A stretch of DNA of 64,000 nt from Nemertoderma westbladi (taxonomy: Eukaryota > Animalia > Xenacoelomorpha). A program made the position numbers and the translations under genes. Below, piece by piece: positions 52,701-63,541 of this stretch (its first letter is position 1; each line of letters begins with the position of its first letter). The notes below the pieces were generated by a model that was not told the DNA's origin, did no database searches, and saw only the letters and a program-made list of their open reading frames with translations. The stretch covers positions 1-64,000 of the forward strand of contig JAUCBJ010003966.1 of assembly GCA_032718475.1 (NCBI GenBank), read 5' to 3'.

Positions 52701-55700
52701 TGAGTAGGAAGTTGATATTAGTCTAAAAGACATCGAGTAGGAAGTTGATATTAGTCTAAAAGACTTTGAGTAGGAAGTTGATATTGGTTTAAAAAACATC
52801 GAGTAGGAAGTTGATATTGGTCTAAAAGACATCGAGTAGGAAGTTGATATTAGTCTAAAAACATTGAGTAGGAAGTTGATATTAGTCTAAAAGACATCGA
52901 GTAGGAAGTTGATATTAGTCTAAAAGACTTTGAGTAGGAAGTTTATATTGGTTTAAAAAACATCGAGTAGGAAGTTGATATTGGTCTAAAAGACATCGAG
53001 TAGGAAGTTGATATTAGTCTAAAAGACTTTAAGTAGGAAGTTGATATTGGTTTAAAAAACATCGAGTAGGAAGTTGATATTGGTCTAAAAGACATCGAGT
53101 AGGAAGTTGATATTAGTCTAAAAGACTTTGAGTAGGAAGTTGATATTGGTTTAAAAAACATCGAGTAGGAAGTTGATATTGGTCTAAAAGACATTGAGTA
53201 GGAAGTTGATATTGGTCTAAAAAACATTGAGTAGGAAGTTGATATTAGTCTAAAAACATTGAGTAGGAAGTTGATATTGGTCTAAAAAAGATCGAGTAGG
53301 AAGTTGATATTGGCCTAAAAAACATCGAGTAGGAAGTTGATATTAGTCTAAAAGACTTTGAGTAGGTAGTTGATATTGGTCTAAAAACATTGAGTAGGAA
53401 GTTGATATTGGTCTAAAAGACATTGAGTAGGAAGTTGATATTGGTCTAAAAGACATTGAGTAGGAAGTTGATATTAGTCTAAAAGACTTTGAGTAGGAAG
53501 TTGATATTGGTTTAAAAAACATCGAGTAGGAAGTTGATATTGGTTTAAAAAACATCGAGTAGGAAGTTGATATTGGTCTAAAAGACATTGAGTAGGAAGT
53601 TGATATTAGTCTAAAAGACATCGAGTAGGAAGTTGATATTAGTCTAAAAGACTTTGAGTAGGAAGTCGATATTGGTCTAAAAACATTGAGTAGGAAGTTG
53701 ATATTAGTCTAAAAGACATCGAGTAGGAAGTTGATATTAGTCTAAAAGACTTTGAGTAGGAAGTTGATATTGGTCTAAAAACATTGAGTAGGAAGTTGAT
53801 ATTGGTCTAAAAGACATTGAGTAGGAAGTTGATATTGGTCTAAAAGACATTGAGTAGGAAGTTGATATTGGTCTAAAAGACATTGAGTAGGAAGTTGATA
53901 TTAGTCTAAAAGACTTTGAGTAGGAAGTCGATATTGGTTTAAAAAACATCGAGTAGGAAGTTGATATTGGTCTAAAAGACATTGAGTAGGAAGTTGATAT
54001 TGGTCTAAAAGACATTGAGTAGGAAGTTGATATTGGTCTAAAAAACATTGAGTAGGAAGTTGATATTGGTCTAAAAAACATCGAGTAGGAAGTTGATATT
54101 GGTCTGAAAGACATCGAGTAGGAAGTTGATATTAGTCTAAAAGACTTTAAGTAGGAAGTTGATATTGGTTTAAAAAACATCGAGTAGGAAGTTGATATTG
54201 GTCTAAAAGACATCGAGTAGGAAGTTGATATTAGTCTAAAAGACTTTAAGTAGGAAGTTGATATTGGTTTAAAAAACATCGAGTAGGAAGTTGATATTGG
54301 TCTAAAAGACATCGAGTAGGAAGTTGATATTTGTCTAAAAAAGATCGAGTAGGAAGTTGATATTGGTCTGAAAGACATCGAGTAGGAAGTTGATATTAGT
54401 CTAAAAGACTTTAAGTAGGAAGTTGATATTGGTTTAAAAAACATCGAGTAGGAAGTTGATATTGGTCTAAAAGACATCGAGTAGGAAGTTGATATTAGTC
54501 TAAAAGACTTTGAGTAGGAAGTTGATGTTGGTTTAAAAAACATCGAGTAGGAAGTTGATATTGGTCTAAAAGACTTTGAGTAGGAAGTTGATATTGGTCT
54601 AAAAGACATTGAGTTGGACCTTGATATTGGTTTAAAAAACATTGAGTAGGAAGTTGATATTGGTTTAAAAAACATCGAGTAGGAAGTTGATATTAGTCTA
54701 AAAACATTGAGTAGGAAGTTGATATTAGTCTAAAAGACATTGAGTAGGAAGTTGATATTGGTCTAAAAAAGATCGAGTAGGAAGTTGATATTGGTCTAAA
54801 AGACATCGAGTAGGAAGTTGATATTAGTCTAAAAGACTTTGAGTAGGAAGTTGATATTGGTTTAAAAAACATCGAGTAGGAAGTTGATATTGGTCTAAAA
54901 GACATTGAGTAGGAAGTTGATATTAGTCTAAAAACATTGAGTAGGAAGTTGATATTAGTCTAAAAGACATTGAGTAGGAAGTTGATATTGGTCTAAAAAA
55001 GATCGAGTAGGAAGTTGATATTGGTCTAAAAGACATCGAGTAGGAAGTTGATATTAGTCTAAAAGACTTTAAGTAGGAAGTTGATATTGGTTTAAAAAAG
55101 ATCGAGTAGGAAGTTGATATTGGTCTAAAAGACATTGAGTAGGAAGTTGATATTAGTCTAAAAACATTGAGTAGGAAGTTGATATTAGTCTAAAAGACAT
55201 TGAGTAGGAAGTTGATATTGGTCTAAAAAAGATCGAGTAGGAAGTTGATATTGGCCTAAAAAACATCGAGTAGGAAGTTGATATTGGTCTAATAAACATT
55301 GAGTAGGAAGTTGATATTGGTCTAAAAGACATTGAGAAGGACCTTGATATTGGTCTAAAATACATTGAGTAGGAAGTTGATATTGGTCTAAAAGACATTG
55401 AGTAGGAAGTTGATATTGGTCTAAAACAAAATTGATTAGGACATTGATATTGGTCTAAATTACATTGAGTAGGAAGTTGATATTGGTCTAAAAGATATTG
55501 AGGAGGAAGTTGACGTTGTTCTAAAAGTAATGAGTTAATGGCTACAGCTTTGTCTGGCAGTTCGACTATAACGCAATATTGATTGGTGTATAATTCCAAC
55601 CCACCTTGACACCCCTGATCCGAAACTCTTTTAAGGCTCTTTGCATCTTGGCTGCAGCCGCTTTGTGGTTTTGGGCGCGCGCGATAACTTTACATAGTAG

Positions 55701-57087
55701 CGAGTCGTAGTACGGACTGATAATAGCGCCGGCGAAGGCACTCGCTGAGTCCAAGCGGATTCCCATACCCTCGCCACTACGGAATACCTGAAAAGAGATT
55801 CGCATTTAGCTATATAGTAGTAAGCGGGACCTACCTTAATCCTACCAGTGTCCGGTTGGAACCTACCTCAATCCTAGCAGTGTCCGGTTGGAACCTACCT
55901 CAATCCTACCAGTAGTGTCCGGTTGGAACCTACCTCAATCCTAGCAGTGTCCCGTTGGAACCTACCTTAATCCAACCAGCGTCCGGTTGGAACCTACCTC
56001 AATCCAACCAGTGTCCGGTTGGAACCTACCTCAATCCTAGCAATGTCCGGTTGGAACCTACCTCAATCCAACCAGTGTCCGGTTGGAACCTACCTCAATC
56101 CTAGCAGTGTCCGGTTGGAACCTACCTCAATCCTACCAGTGTCCGGTTGGAACCTACCTCAATCCTACCAGTAGTGTCCGATTGGAACCTACCTCAATCC
56201 TACCATTGTCCGGTTGGAACCTACCTCAATCCTACCAGTGTCCGGTTGGAACCTATCTCAATCCAACCAGTGTCCGGTTGGAACCTACCTCAATCCTAGC
56301 AGTGTCCGGTTAGAACCTACCTCAATCCTACCAGTGTCCGGTTGGAACCTACCTCAATCCTAGCAGGTGTCCGGTTGGAACCTACCTCAATCCTACCAGT
56401 AGTGTCCGGTTGGAACCTACCTCAATCCTACCAGTGACCGGTTGGAACCTACCTCAATCCTACCAGTGTCCGGTTGGAACCTACCTCAATCCTACCATTG
56501 TCCGGTTGGAACCTACCTCAATCCTACCAGTGTCCGGTTGGAACCTACCTCAATCCTACCAGTGACCGGTTGGAACCTACCTCAATCCTACCAGTAGTGT
56601 CCGGTTGGAACCTACCTCAATCCTACCAGTGACCGGTTGGAACCTACCTCAAACCTATAAGTAGTGTCCGGTTGGAACCTACCTCAATCCTACCAGTAGT
56701 GTCCGGTTGGAACCTACCTCAAACCTATAAGTAGTGTCCGGTTGGAACCTACCTCAATCCTACCAGTAGTGTCCGGTTGGAACCTACCTCAATCCTACCA
56801 GTGACCGGTTGGAACCTACCTCAAACCTATAAGTAGTGTCCGGTTGGAACCTACCTCAATCCTACCAGTAGTGTCCGGTTGGAACCTACCTCAATCCTCC
56901 AAGTAGTGTCCGGTTGGAACCTACCTCAATCCTACCAGTGTCCGGCTGGAACTGTTTCGATGCATCTTCCGTTGTCAACCTGCATTGTATAGCGCATCCG
57001 GTGACGTGGATATTATCCTGAGTCAATTCCAATTCAGGTAGTGTAGAACCTTCAGCAACCCGGATCTGAGATTGAACTAAATCAACC
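22573..57087 (-). CDS. PC: Pyruvate carboxylase, 5'-partial multi-exon gene (12 exons in window; end of biotin carboxylase domain, carboxyltransferase, PT and BCCP domains)
   Basis: Spliced exons 57087-56925, 55787-55605, 47854-47617, 47442-47061, 45208-44968, 44680-44431, 44168-44040, 34024-33909, 33190-33011, 26960-26709, 26284-26032, 22730-22573. All introns GT-AG with consistent phases. Translation has [37 protein letters not shown] and the biotin motif AMKM. The N-terminal ~330 aa were not found in the window. Confidence 0.97.
22706..25785 (-). repeat. 55-bp array, ~56 copies: last 30 nt of intron plus first 25 nt of the final PC exon (acceptor junction)
   Basis: Sense unit tatatgtatacttctgtgtccgtattttag|gtcaacctctttgtataatgtctgc. 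Confidence 0.97.
26032..26284 (-). CDS. PC: PC exon (IGLERGKS...REVFFEVNG...GAPMPG...VEK)
   Basis: tttag acceptor, G|gttagt donor; 253 nt. Confidence 0.94.
26709..26960 (-). CDS. PC: PC exon ([13 protein letters not shown]...AEEID)
   Basis: tttag acceptor, GAT|gtgagt donor; 252 nt. Confidence 0.94.
27231..33033 (-). repeat. 36/37-bp array, ~160 copies: last ~22 nt of a PC exon plus 14 nt of intron (donor junction)
   Basis: Sense unit atccggaaccgttgcggagta(a)g|gttagtttatatgg. Confidence 0.97.
33011..33190 (-). CDS. PC: PC exon ([18 protein letters not shown]...YPEPLRSK)
   Basis: ctag acceptor, AAG|gttagt donor; 180 nt. Confidence 0.94.
33909..34024 (-). CDS. PC: PC exon (GQYTNLQFQ...LLGDLIK)
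   Basis: catag acceptor, AAG|gtaaat donor; 116 nt. Confidence 0.94.
34151..43588. repeat. 27-bp intronic satellite, ~350 copies, with a ~4.2-kb higher-order duplication
   Basis: Unit gatacaggtgttaaaaatagataaaaa; variant pattern recurs at offsets 4227/4172. Confidence 0.97.
43590..43660 (-). mobile_element. Solitary terminus of the 2586-3882 foldback family
   Basis: Reverse complement GGTATTGGTGAAAAATATCGAG matches 2586 GGTAATGGTGAAAAATATCGAG at 21/22. Confidence 0.7.
44040..44168 (-). CDS. PC: PC exon ([25 protein letters not shown]...NEIP)
   Basis: cttag acceptor, G|gtgaac donor; 129 nt. Confidence 0.93.
44431..44680 (-). CDS. PC: PC exon (DMAGLLKP...HTHDT...LDT)
   Basis: cttag acceptor, G|gtaaaa donor; 250 nt. 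Confidence 0.95.
44968..45208 (-). CDS. PC: PC exon ([20 protein letters not shown]...HILAIK)
   Basis: tatag acceptor, AAG|gttaga donor; 241 nt. Confidence 0.95.
45255..45362. repeat. Short degenerate ~21-bp tandem repeat (ctgggataaggacaacctggt), ~5 copies
   Basis: Direct reading. Confidence 0.75.
45680..46572. repeat. 45-bp intronic minisatellite, ~20 copies
   Basis: Unit ggaaccatggagccctttctagtagctctaaccgggttaggccgt; not derived from a splice junction. Confidence 0.96.
47061..47442 (-). CDS. PC: PC exon (carboxyltransferase start, [15 protein letters not shown]...YPDNVVEK)
   Basis: cattag acceptor, AA|gtgagt donor; 382 nt. Confidence 0.95.
47617..47854 (-). CDS. PC: PC exon ([32 protein letters not shown]...PPYPKY)
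   Basis: ttttag acceptor at the array edge; G|gttggt donor chosen by phase; 238 nt. Confidence 0.88.
48291..48459 (-). pseudogene. Truncated duplicate (169 nt) of PC exon 47617-47854 with acceptor but no donor
   Basis: Identical to 47686-47854 at offset 605. Confidence 0.92.
48973..49043 (-). pseudogene. Second, shorter (~71 nt) duplicate of the same exon's 5' part
   Basis: Matches ~47784-47854 at offset 1189. Confidence 0.9.
55605..55787 (-). CDS. PC: PC exon ([13 protein letters not shown]...FRIRGVK)
   Basis: ttttcag acceptor, AAG|gtgggt donor; 183 nt. Confidence 0.95.
55830..56952 (-). repeat. 32/35-bp array, ~34 copies: last ~27 nt of a PC exon plus gtagg (donor junction)
   Basis: Sense unit ttccaaccggacactggtaggattgag|gtagg (encodes FQPDTGRIE). 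Confidence 0.96.
56925..57087 (-). CDS. PC: PC exon ([13 protein letters not shown]...FQPDTGRIE)
   Basis: tttag acceptor, GAG|gtaggt donor; 163 nt. Confidence 0.92.
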
Positions 57088-58246
57088 CTAAAAGTAAATA
57101 CATATATTTTTCACACTAAATTAAATCATTCTTTAGCAAGTTGTAAATAATTTTAAGTAACAATTTAAGAATATAATAATTAATTATTACTCTTAAATTA
57201 GTAATTTTGTGTTTTTTAATTATTTTAGAAAGTAACAGTTTTACCAAAGAAATTTAACTGCAGTACTTCGCCTAACTGCTTCTGTAGTTACTGCGATTCG
57301 AATTATTGTACTTTTCAACACCTTACACAATGTTAAATAATTACATGCTGTGGATGACATATAACAATAAGTACTATTTATTAAACGGAAAACTAATAGG
57401 CATATTTTTCCCAATGACACGGAGATATACATAATTTTATTCCGAAATTAAATCGGTTAAAAAGAGTGATTTTGTGGAATAAAATTATTTCAAATAGAAA
57501 AGCAAATAATAACTGCCAAAAATAAATCCAAAAGTTAATTACTGAATAAAATAAAAAGCGAAAATGATTGGAAATGAAAAAATTGAAAAATGTGATCTCC
57601 ATCGCAAATGGTCGACTTTTTTTCCACTTTTCGATCGATATTTTATTGGAATTTTATAAATGAATAATTTGTATTTTTTTTTAATTTATCCTATTAAGTG
57701 TTTTATAGCAATTATTTCTATCATATAACCTAAACAGTGTACATATACGAATTCCTTTATTGTTTTGGTTGGATTCAGCCCTTCTATAACCTGGATTTTT
57801 AGTGGAAATCTGGTATTCTTAACACATGGGGGTAAACTGCAAAGTTAAATATAACAGCAGAACGACTGCATATACTTCACACGGCCCATGTGATTCCATT
57901 TAAAATAAATATTTAGGTTATACGATATAACCAATTGTAGTATCGACAAGATACTAGGATATACAAGACAAGGATATATTCACTAAGTCGTGCCTACGTA
58001 ATAAACTAGATGTTGGTGTTCCTACAAATAAATCTCACTAATTTTATCGGCCACTAAAACACAAATAAATTTTACGATTTTTTCCACAAAATTTTGTCAC
58101 TTATTAGTTAGTAGCCCTTGGATATAGCACAATATAACCAATACTAAGCTTAAGCATAAGCATAACATTCAATCAGAGATTGTTCAAGTTTTAAGAACAC
58201 ACCTAAATTGGACTTATAGACATTGCACCAATAAATACTATACATA

Positions 58247-60170
58247 ACTAGCTGGCGGTGCTGGCGCACCGCGAAAGAAGCTCTCTAGCTTCAGCGCGAC
58301 TGTCCAATTGTCCACGTCTTCGTTCAAGTTTCACACAAAATATTTTCTGAACAATATTATACAAATACAGTTTCAAACGGTACTATTACAATTATGATTA
58401 CTTGTAATATAAATCATTCATATCCAAAGATTAATTTTAATGTGACTTAAAGCATAAGTCTATTATTACGTAGATGCAGTCCAGTGTCCAGTCAGTACTC
58501 CCATTAGTGAGAAATGGAACTGTATGTCAATAAGCAATGAAGATCTTTTATATCAATTGTGAATTTTATCCTCAAATGTTCAACTTAATGTCGAAATATA
58601 ATCGACATTTTTATCATATCTAATTGGTATCATATTTATTGGGTGTTGTATGTCTTCCATGTTGCGTTTTCCATCTATATGGAATCATCCTAAGGAATCA
58701 AGTCCCCCCCCCCCCCCCCCCCCCCCCCCACTATCATTGACCTTTTTTCGAATGTTTACTTGCGGGTTATTTCTGGTAAGCGACGTTTAGGGTATCATTT
58801 GTCAGACAGACACAATGCTTTGTACGCTGCAATTCTGCGTGCAATGTAAAAAGACCGCAAGTCCCAAAACGTCAATTCGAGTAAAACGCAAATTAGTGTT
58901 TGCCTTCAGATTGTTGGTTTAAAATGTCCGTAAATTACTATTTTTTATAATCCTACGCAATTGGTGGTGGTAAATTTTTCCACGTGATAATTTTCCACTT
59001 TCCATTAATATTCTGACTTCAAGGGTAATTTTTTGTACTTACGGTGTTTTTGCATTATACAACCTGTATGTAAATACATATTTCAAGAACTGAAGGGACG
59101 TGCAATCAGATATTTGAATTTCCCTCGCCCTTTGTTTTATTTCGGTTAATTAATACATTTGTATATGCAAATATTTTAGTTTGGTGGTGGGTTCTCATAT
59201 TATTGAATAATAATAAATTAATCACGTTCAGTGGAAAAAAAATAAAAAATTTCAAGACACATATTTAAAAAAAAACATAATGTGCGTTTTCTTATTATCT
59301 ATGCAATGACAAAACACCGCAGGTCTTGTTGACTTACGGTTTTTTTGCATAAATTTAAGTGACTACGGTCTTTTACCTTTTTTGGTAGACCCAGAAAAAG
59401 TGAATTTTGGAAAAATGCGACTTACTGTCTTTTTACATTGCACGGCAGAATTGGAATTGACACGCCACGCAACTAAAAGAGTTCCTGATTTATTTAGCCC
59501 GCATTGCGGACGAGTTTTTACAGTTGCTACAACAGAAAATATCAGTTAACTGTTAATGAAAATGACAAGTATTCAAGCCATTTCTTGAAGTTGATGCTGT
59601 AGGTGAGAATCATATGAATAACTGTGAAACTATAACGATAAGGAAGCCCACCCAGTCTCTAAATCGTCAGTTCGCTTGTGTTTAATAGATAAAATTCAGA
59701 AGGAAACACAAACCCCAGTAGAAACACCGCGACGAATTTGACTTGTTCCAGAAAGATTGTAATAACTACAGTAGTACCGATATAACTAATTAGCCCATTT
59801 AAAAAATGTATTTTCTGTAATTTTGAGAAATTGAATGTGTAATGTATGTGCTTCTATGCACGTTTGTATAATTCGTTTATGTTGATGAGGTTTATATTCG
59901 TATAGCCTGCCACAATTTCAAATTTCCCCAATTTTAACAAAAAAATTGCCCTATTTTTAACAGGGATTTTACTCCGTCTCAAACATTGGAACTTTTTCTC
60001 TAGTATACCGTATAACTATACAAAATTTAGTTGAAAATGGTTAAAATCATCAAAAGTTATTTACGAATGAATTATTTATTACGGACGGACCGGCGGACGG
60101 ACAGACAGACCGACGGACATGCAATTTTCATTTGGCCTAATTAACACGATCCCGTAAGTAGCAGGCCTAA
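58247..60170 (-). mobile_element. Possible non-autonomous Helitron-like element; the 60170 boundary is approximate
   Basis: Minus-strand hairpin gcggtgc-gcca-gcaccgc followed by cagCTAGt at ~58272-58247; (GGAC/AGAC)n tract at 60081-60118, as in Lep1/DINE-like Helitron derivatives. That both ends belong to one element is inferred. Confidence 0.4.
58830..59453. mobile_element. MITE with ~35-bp TIRs
   Basis: caattctg-cgtgcaatgtaaaaagaccgcaagtc matches the reverse complement of the right end, caattctgccgtgcaatgtaaaaagacagtaagtc. Confidence 0.75.
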
Positions 60171-61077
60171 CTAAGAATTGGAAACATTTTGTAAAACAAT
60201 TTATTAAAACTATTATTAGAAGACCGTCAGGGCTTCTTGCTGTCAAAAAAACGTCTGTGTGTTTGTCTGTATGTTTGTGCACATTGATATTGGCTTGGAA
60301 GGGTAAGAAGTGCTCTACTTCATGGCCAACTATACAAAGAAATGTATCGATTATTTGGGTTATTAATTATTTAAGCGGGTAAAATTAAGCTCTTGCTGTA
60401 TAAAAATAGCACAGGTCGATTCGCTGTGTTCCATTCTCAAAAAGTTTTTATTATATTCGAGTGTTTAATATAAAGATGTATGATTATTTATTGATTGAAA
60501 TTAAAATAGTGTATAAATATGTAATATTCCTTCACGCAGCCTGAACTTTGCCTATGGTAGCGAATAGGGAAGGATTTTCTCTGTATCATAGCAACGTTGT
60601 ATAATTATTTAACTCTAGCTAGCTGGGAAGACAGGTAGCAAGCTGGCCGGTGTGTCTCAGTAAATCCAATGGTTGGGGTGGGTTGTCTATTGAGAACTCC
60701 GAACTGGTCATGGCATTAATTCTGCTTTCTCCAAGGCTGCATGGAGGGTGGGAGAGGTTTACATATTGATGCGATTGATATTTGATTGGGGATTAGATTA
60801 TCTTTTAGTTTTTCGGTTTTGTTGTCTTATAAGACGGTCTTCTTATAGCCAGCTTGCTGGCTTTCTAGTGTACATTTAGATTAAATAATAATACAGCAAA
60901 TAGGTAAGCTTACACAAATAATCACTTTTGTAAAACAATAATTTATTTCATTCATCAGTTAATAAACTGATAAACACACACCTCAGGTTGTAGTGAATAT
61001 TAGTAATATTCCTTTTAAGTTAGTAATAATATTGATGTCATTGACCGCATACCCAAACACACACATCTCCCTCCTCC

Positions 61078-62984
61078 TATGGCGTCTGATTTGAGCCAAA
61101 ATACCTTAGAATTACAAAATGTGTACCTTACATTTTTCATTATTTATTTTACATTCAGCTTATATTTATAAGCATCGCTTAAAAGTATGGTATTTTATTG
61201 CATTTGAATTTATAACGCTCTGTTTTCACTCTGTTATAACGCTCTGTGATATACACTCTGTTTTCATCACGTTCAAAATTTGCTGGATGAGTTTTTCAGA
61301 TTTAATAATGCCAGAAGGACGGAGTAATTTGTATACTTCAGAGTGTCGCTTAATATTAGCCATTTCGCACAGAGCTTTGGTGTTTTCTGCTTGTGCAGCT
61401 CGATTCAATGTCCATTTACATACTGCATCTTCATTTGTGGCAAAGTACTTGATACCACCAGCAACTTTAGTATACACTTTTCTAAGATTTAGTACATCCA
61501 TATTCCATAATGTATTTTATATTCAATATACAGTATAAACTGTTCGAAAAATATAAGCTATTTTTTAACAGTTCCGCATGGCACTACATTTTTATAACAT
61601 AAGTCACTGTTACCATGGCAACAATGTAGAGTTCTAGAACACAAAATATATAATATACACAACTCTAGAACATAAATAATATAAAAAATATAACGTTCTA
61701 GAATATATAGCTTGTTATTTTTCAAATTTAAAATAGCTACTATAAAGATATACAATTAATATAAAAAAAAAAATGTTGTTCTAGAACAAGATTTTTATAT
61801 TAAATTAATAGATAATATGTTCTAGAACATTAAACATGGTCCTCCATCCAAAAATAATAGTCTCGTTAATTTACCGAAGGTATTGCGCTTAATGCCGCCA
61901 GAGCCCGTACTATATATTAGTTATAAATAAAACCAAAATGTTATATCACCATTTCATTAAGTCAATGTTTCTCTAGAACTTCCAATTTCACCATGTATTT
62001 GTCATGAACTAGCAAATACAATGGCCCAATGGGTGAATAATACACCAACAACAGCTGCATTGGTAACATACCATTACAAGGCAGAAGAATTACATTCGGT
62101 GTTGTAGATGATTGTGGCCAATACTTTATATATTTACTACAATACTATTATATTTAAGTTTGAAAATGTCTCATCTTCTGAAATTTGTTGGCACCTCCGT
62201 ATTAGGTTCTCAATTTCCGAGATGAAATTTTCGGATGCCATACCTACTGCAGTGTAACTACTGTATACTGTTAACCGTACTGTCCGTACCGTGTACCCTA
62301 CATATCAGAAATTCGATTTTGCTGATCGAATACTGGGATACAACAATTGCTCAACAGCGCCTTCTTGTGATCTATTTACTAATTGCAGCTATTGTCAACA
62401 ACGCATTTGATTGGATAAAACACTGTAAAAACATAGCTTACTTTAAACTATGTTTCAATGACACTGCAAAAACATAGCTTACTTTAAACTATGTTTAAAC
62501 GACACTGTAAAAACATCGCTTACTTTAAACTATATTTAAACGACACTGTAAAAACATCGCTTACTTTAAACTATATTACTGCATAAACAAACACATACTT
62601 CATTTTAAGCAATGTTGGAACAGAACTGCAATTAAATACCTTATTTAAAGCGATTTATTACAGTCAACTACATAAACATAGCTTACTTTTAAGCGATGTT
62701 TTAACAGAACTTGTAAAAAATATCTTAATTTTAAGCGATTTAATAAAGTCAACTACAAATACATAGGTTACTTTTAAGCGATGTTTTCACAGAACTTGTA
62801 AAAAATACCTTACTTTTAAGCGATTTATTAAAGTCAACTACATAAACATAGCTTACTTTTAAGCGATGTATAAATTAAAATGCAATAAAATACCATACTT
62901 TTAAGCGATGCTTATAAATATAAGCTAATGAGTAAGGTACACATTTGTAATTCTAAGGTATTTTGGCTCAAATCAGACGCCATA
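61078..62984. mobile_element. Internally deleted TIR transposon, Academ-like, with a transposase remnant at 61226-61501 (-)
   Basis: >50-bp near-perfect TIRs TATGGCGTCTGATTTGAGCCAAAATACC; second inverted block 61157-61205 / 62878-62927; tcc(tcc) on both flanks; subterminal repeats 62420-62870. Peptide K.AGGI..F.TN..AV.KW.LNR resembles remembered Academ transposases. Confidence 0.7.
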
Positions 62985-63541
62985 TCCTCCTACATTGAGT
63001 ATGAGTGGATGGATAGGGAATGAATGAACTGCTACCAACAGCCTGCCTATCAAGGCTGATTAAAGGCTGCTTGGGAAGGCCTAAAGATGATGTTGTAGCT
63101 CTAGCCAATCAGGGAGCTAAATGCCAGTTTTTTTTTCTTTCTTCATGTCCAACAAAAATCTGCTGATAAATTGAGACAGGAAAGAAGCTAAGAGCTTCTT
63201 AACTATTATTATTGCTTGTGAGAGTTATAGCTCTGCCATATGGTAGAAACGTTTCCATTGGTTGCATATAAAAACCAATCAGTAAGTAGTCAGATTATAC
63301 CAGTGGTAACTTTATGCATCATGGGAATAACCCATATGTAAATCATTGCACAGACAAATAACCATTACAACATCAGTATATCCAATACATTTTAGAGTTT
63401 CTGCTCTGTGGTTATTCAAAATTATTAACGTCTACTACAGTCGTCTATTATTTATTATAAAACTGTCTATCATCAGTGATCGTGCTGCAGTCTTAAGTTA
63501 CTGTAAAACACGTTAGACCATATTATGCAAAGCCAGTTGTT

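Larger units (their letters stand above)
47828..55535 (-). repeat. 33-bp array, ~230 copies: acceptor plus first ~27 nt of a PC exon
   Basis: Sense unit ttttag|accaatatcaacttcctactcaatgtt (encodes TNINFLLNV); copies more diverged at the 55430-55535 end. Confidence 0.97.
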
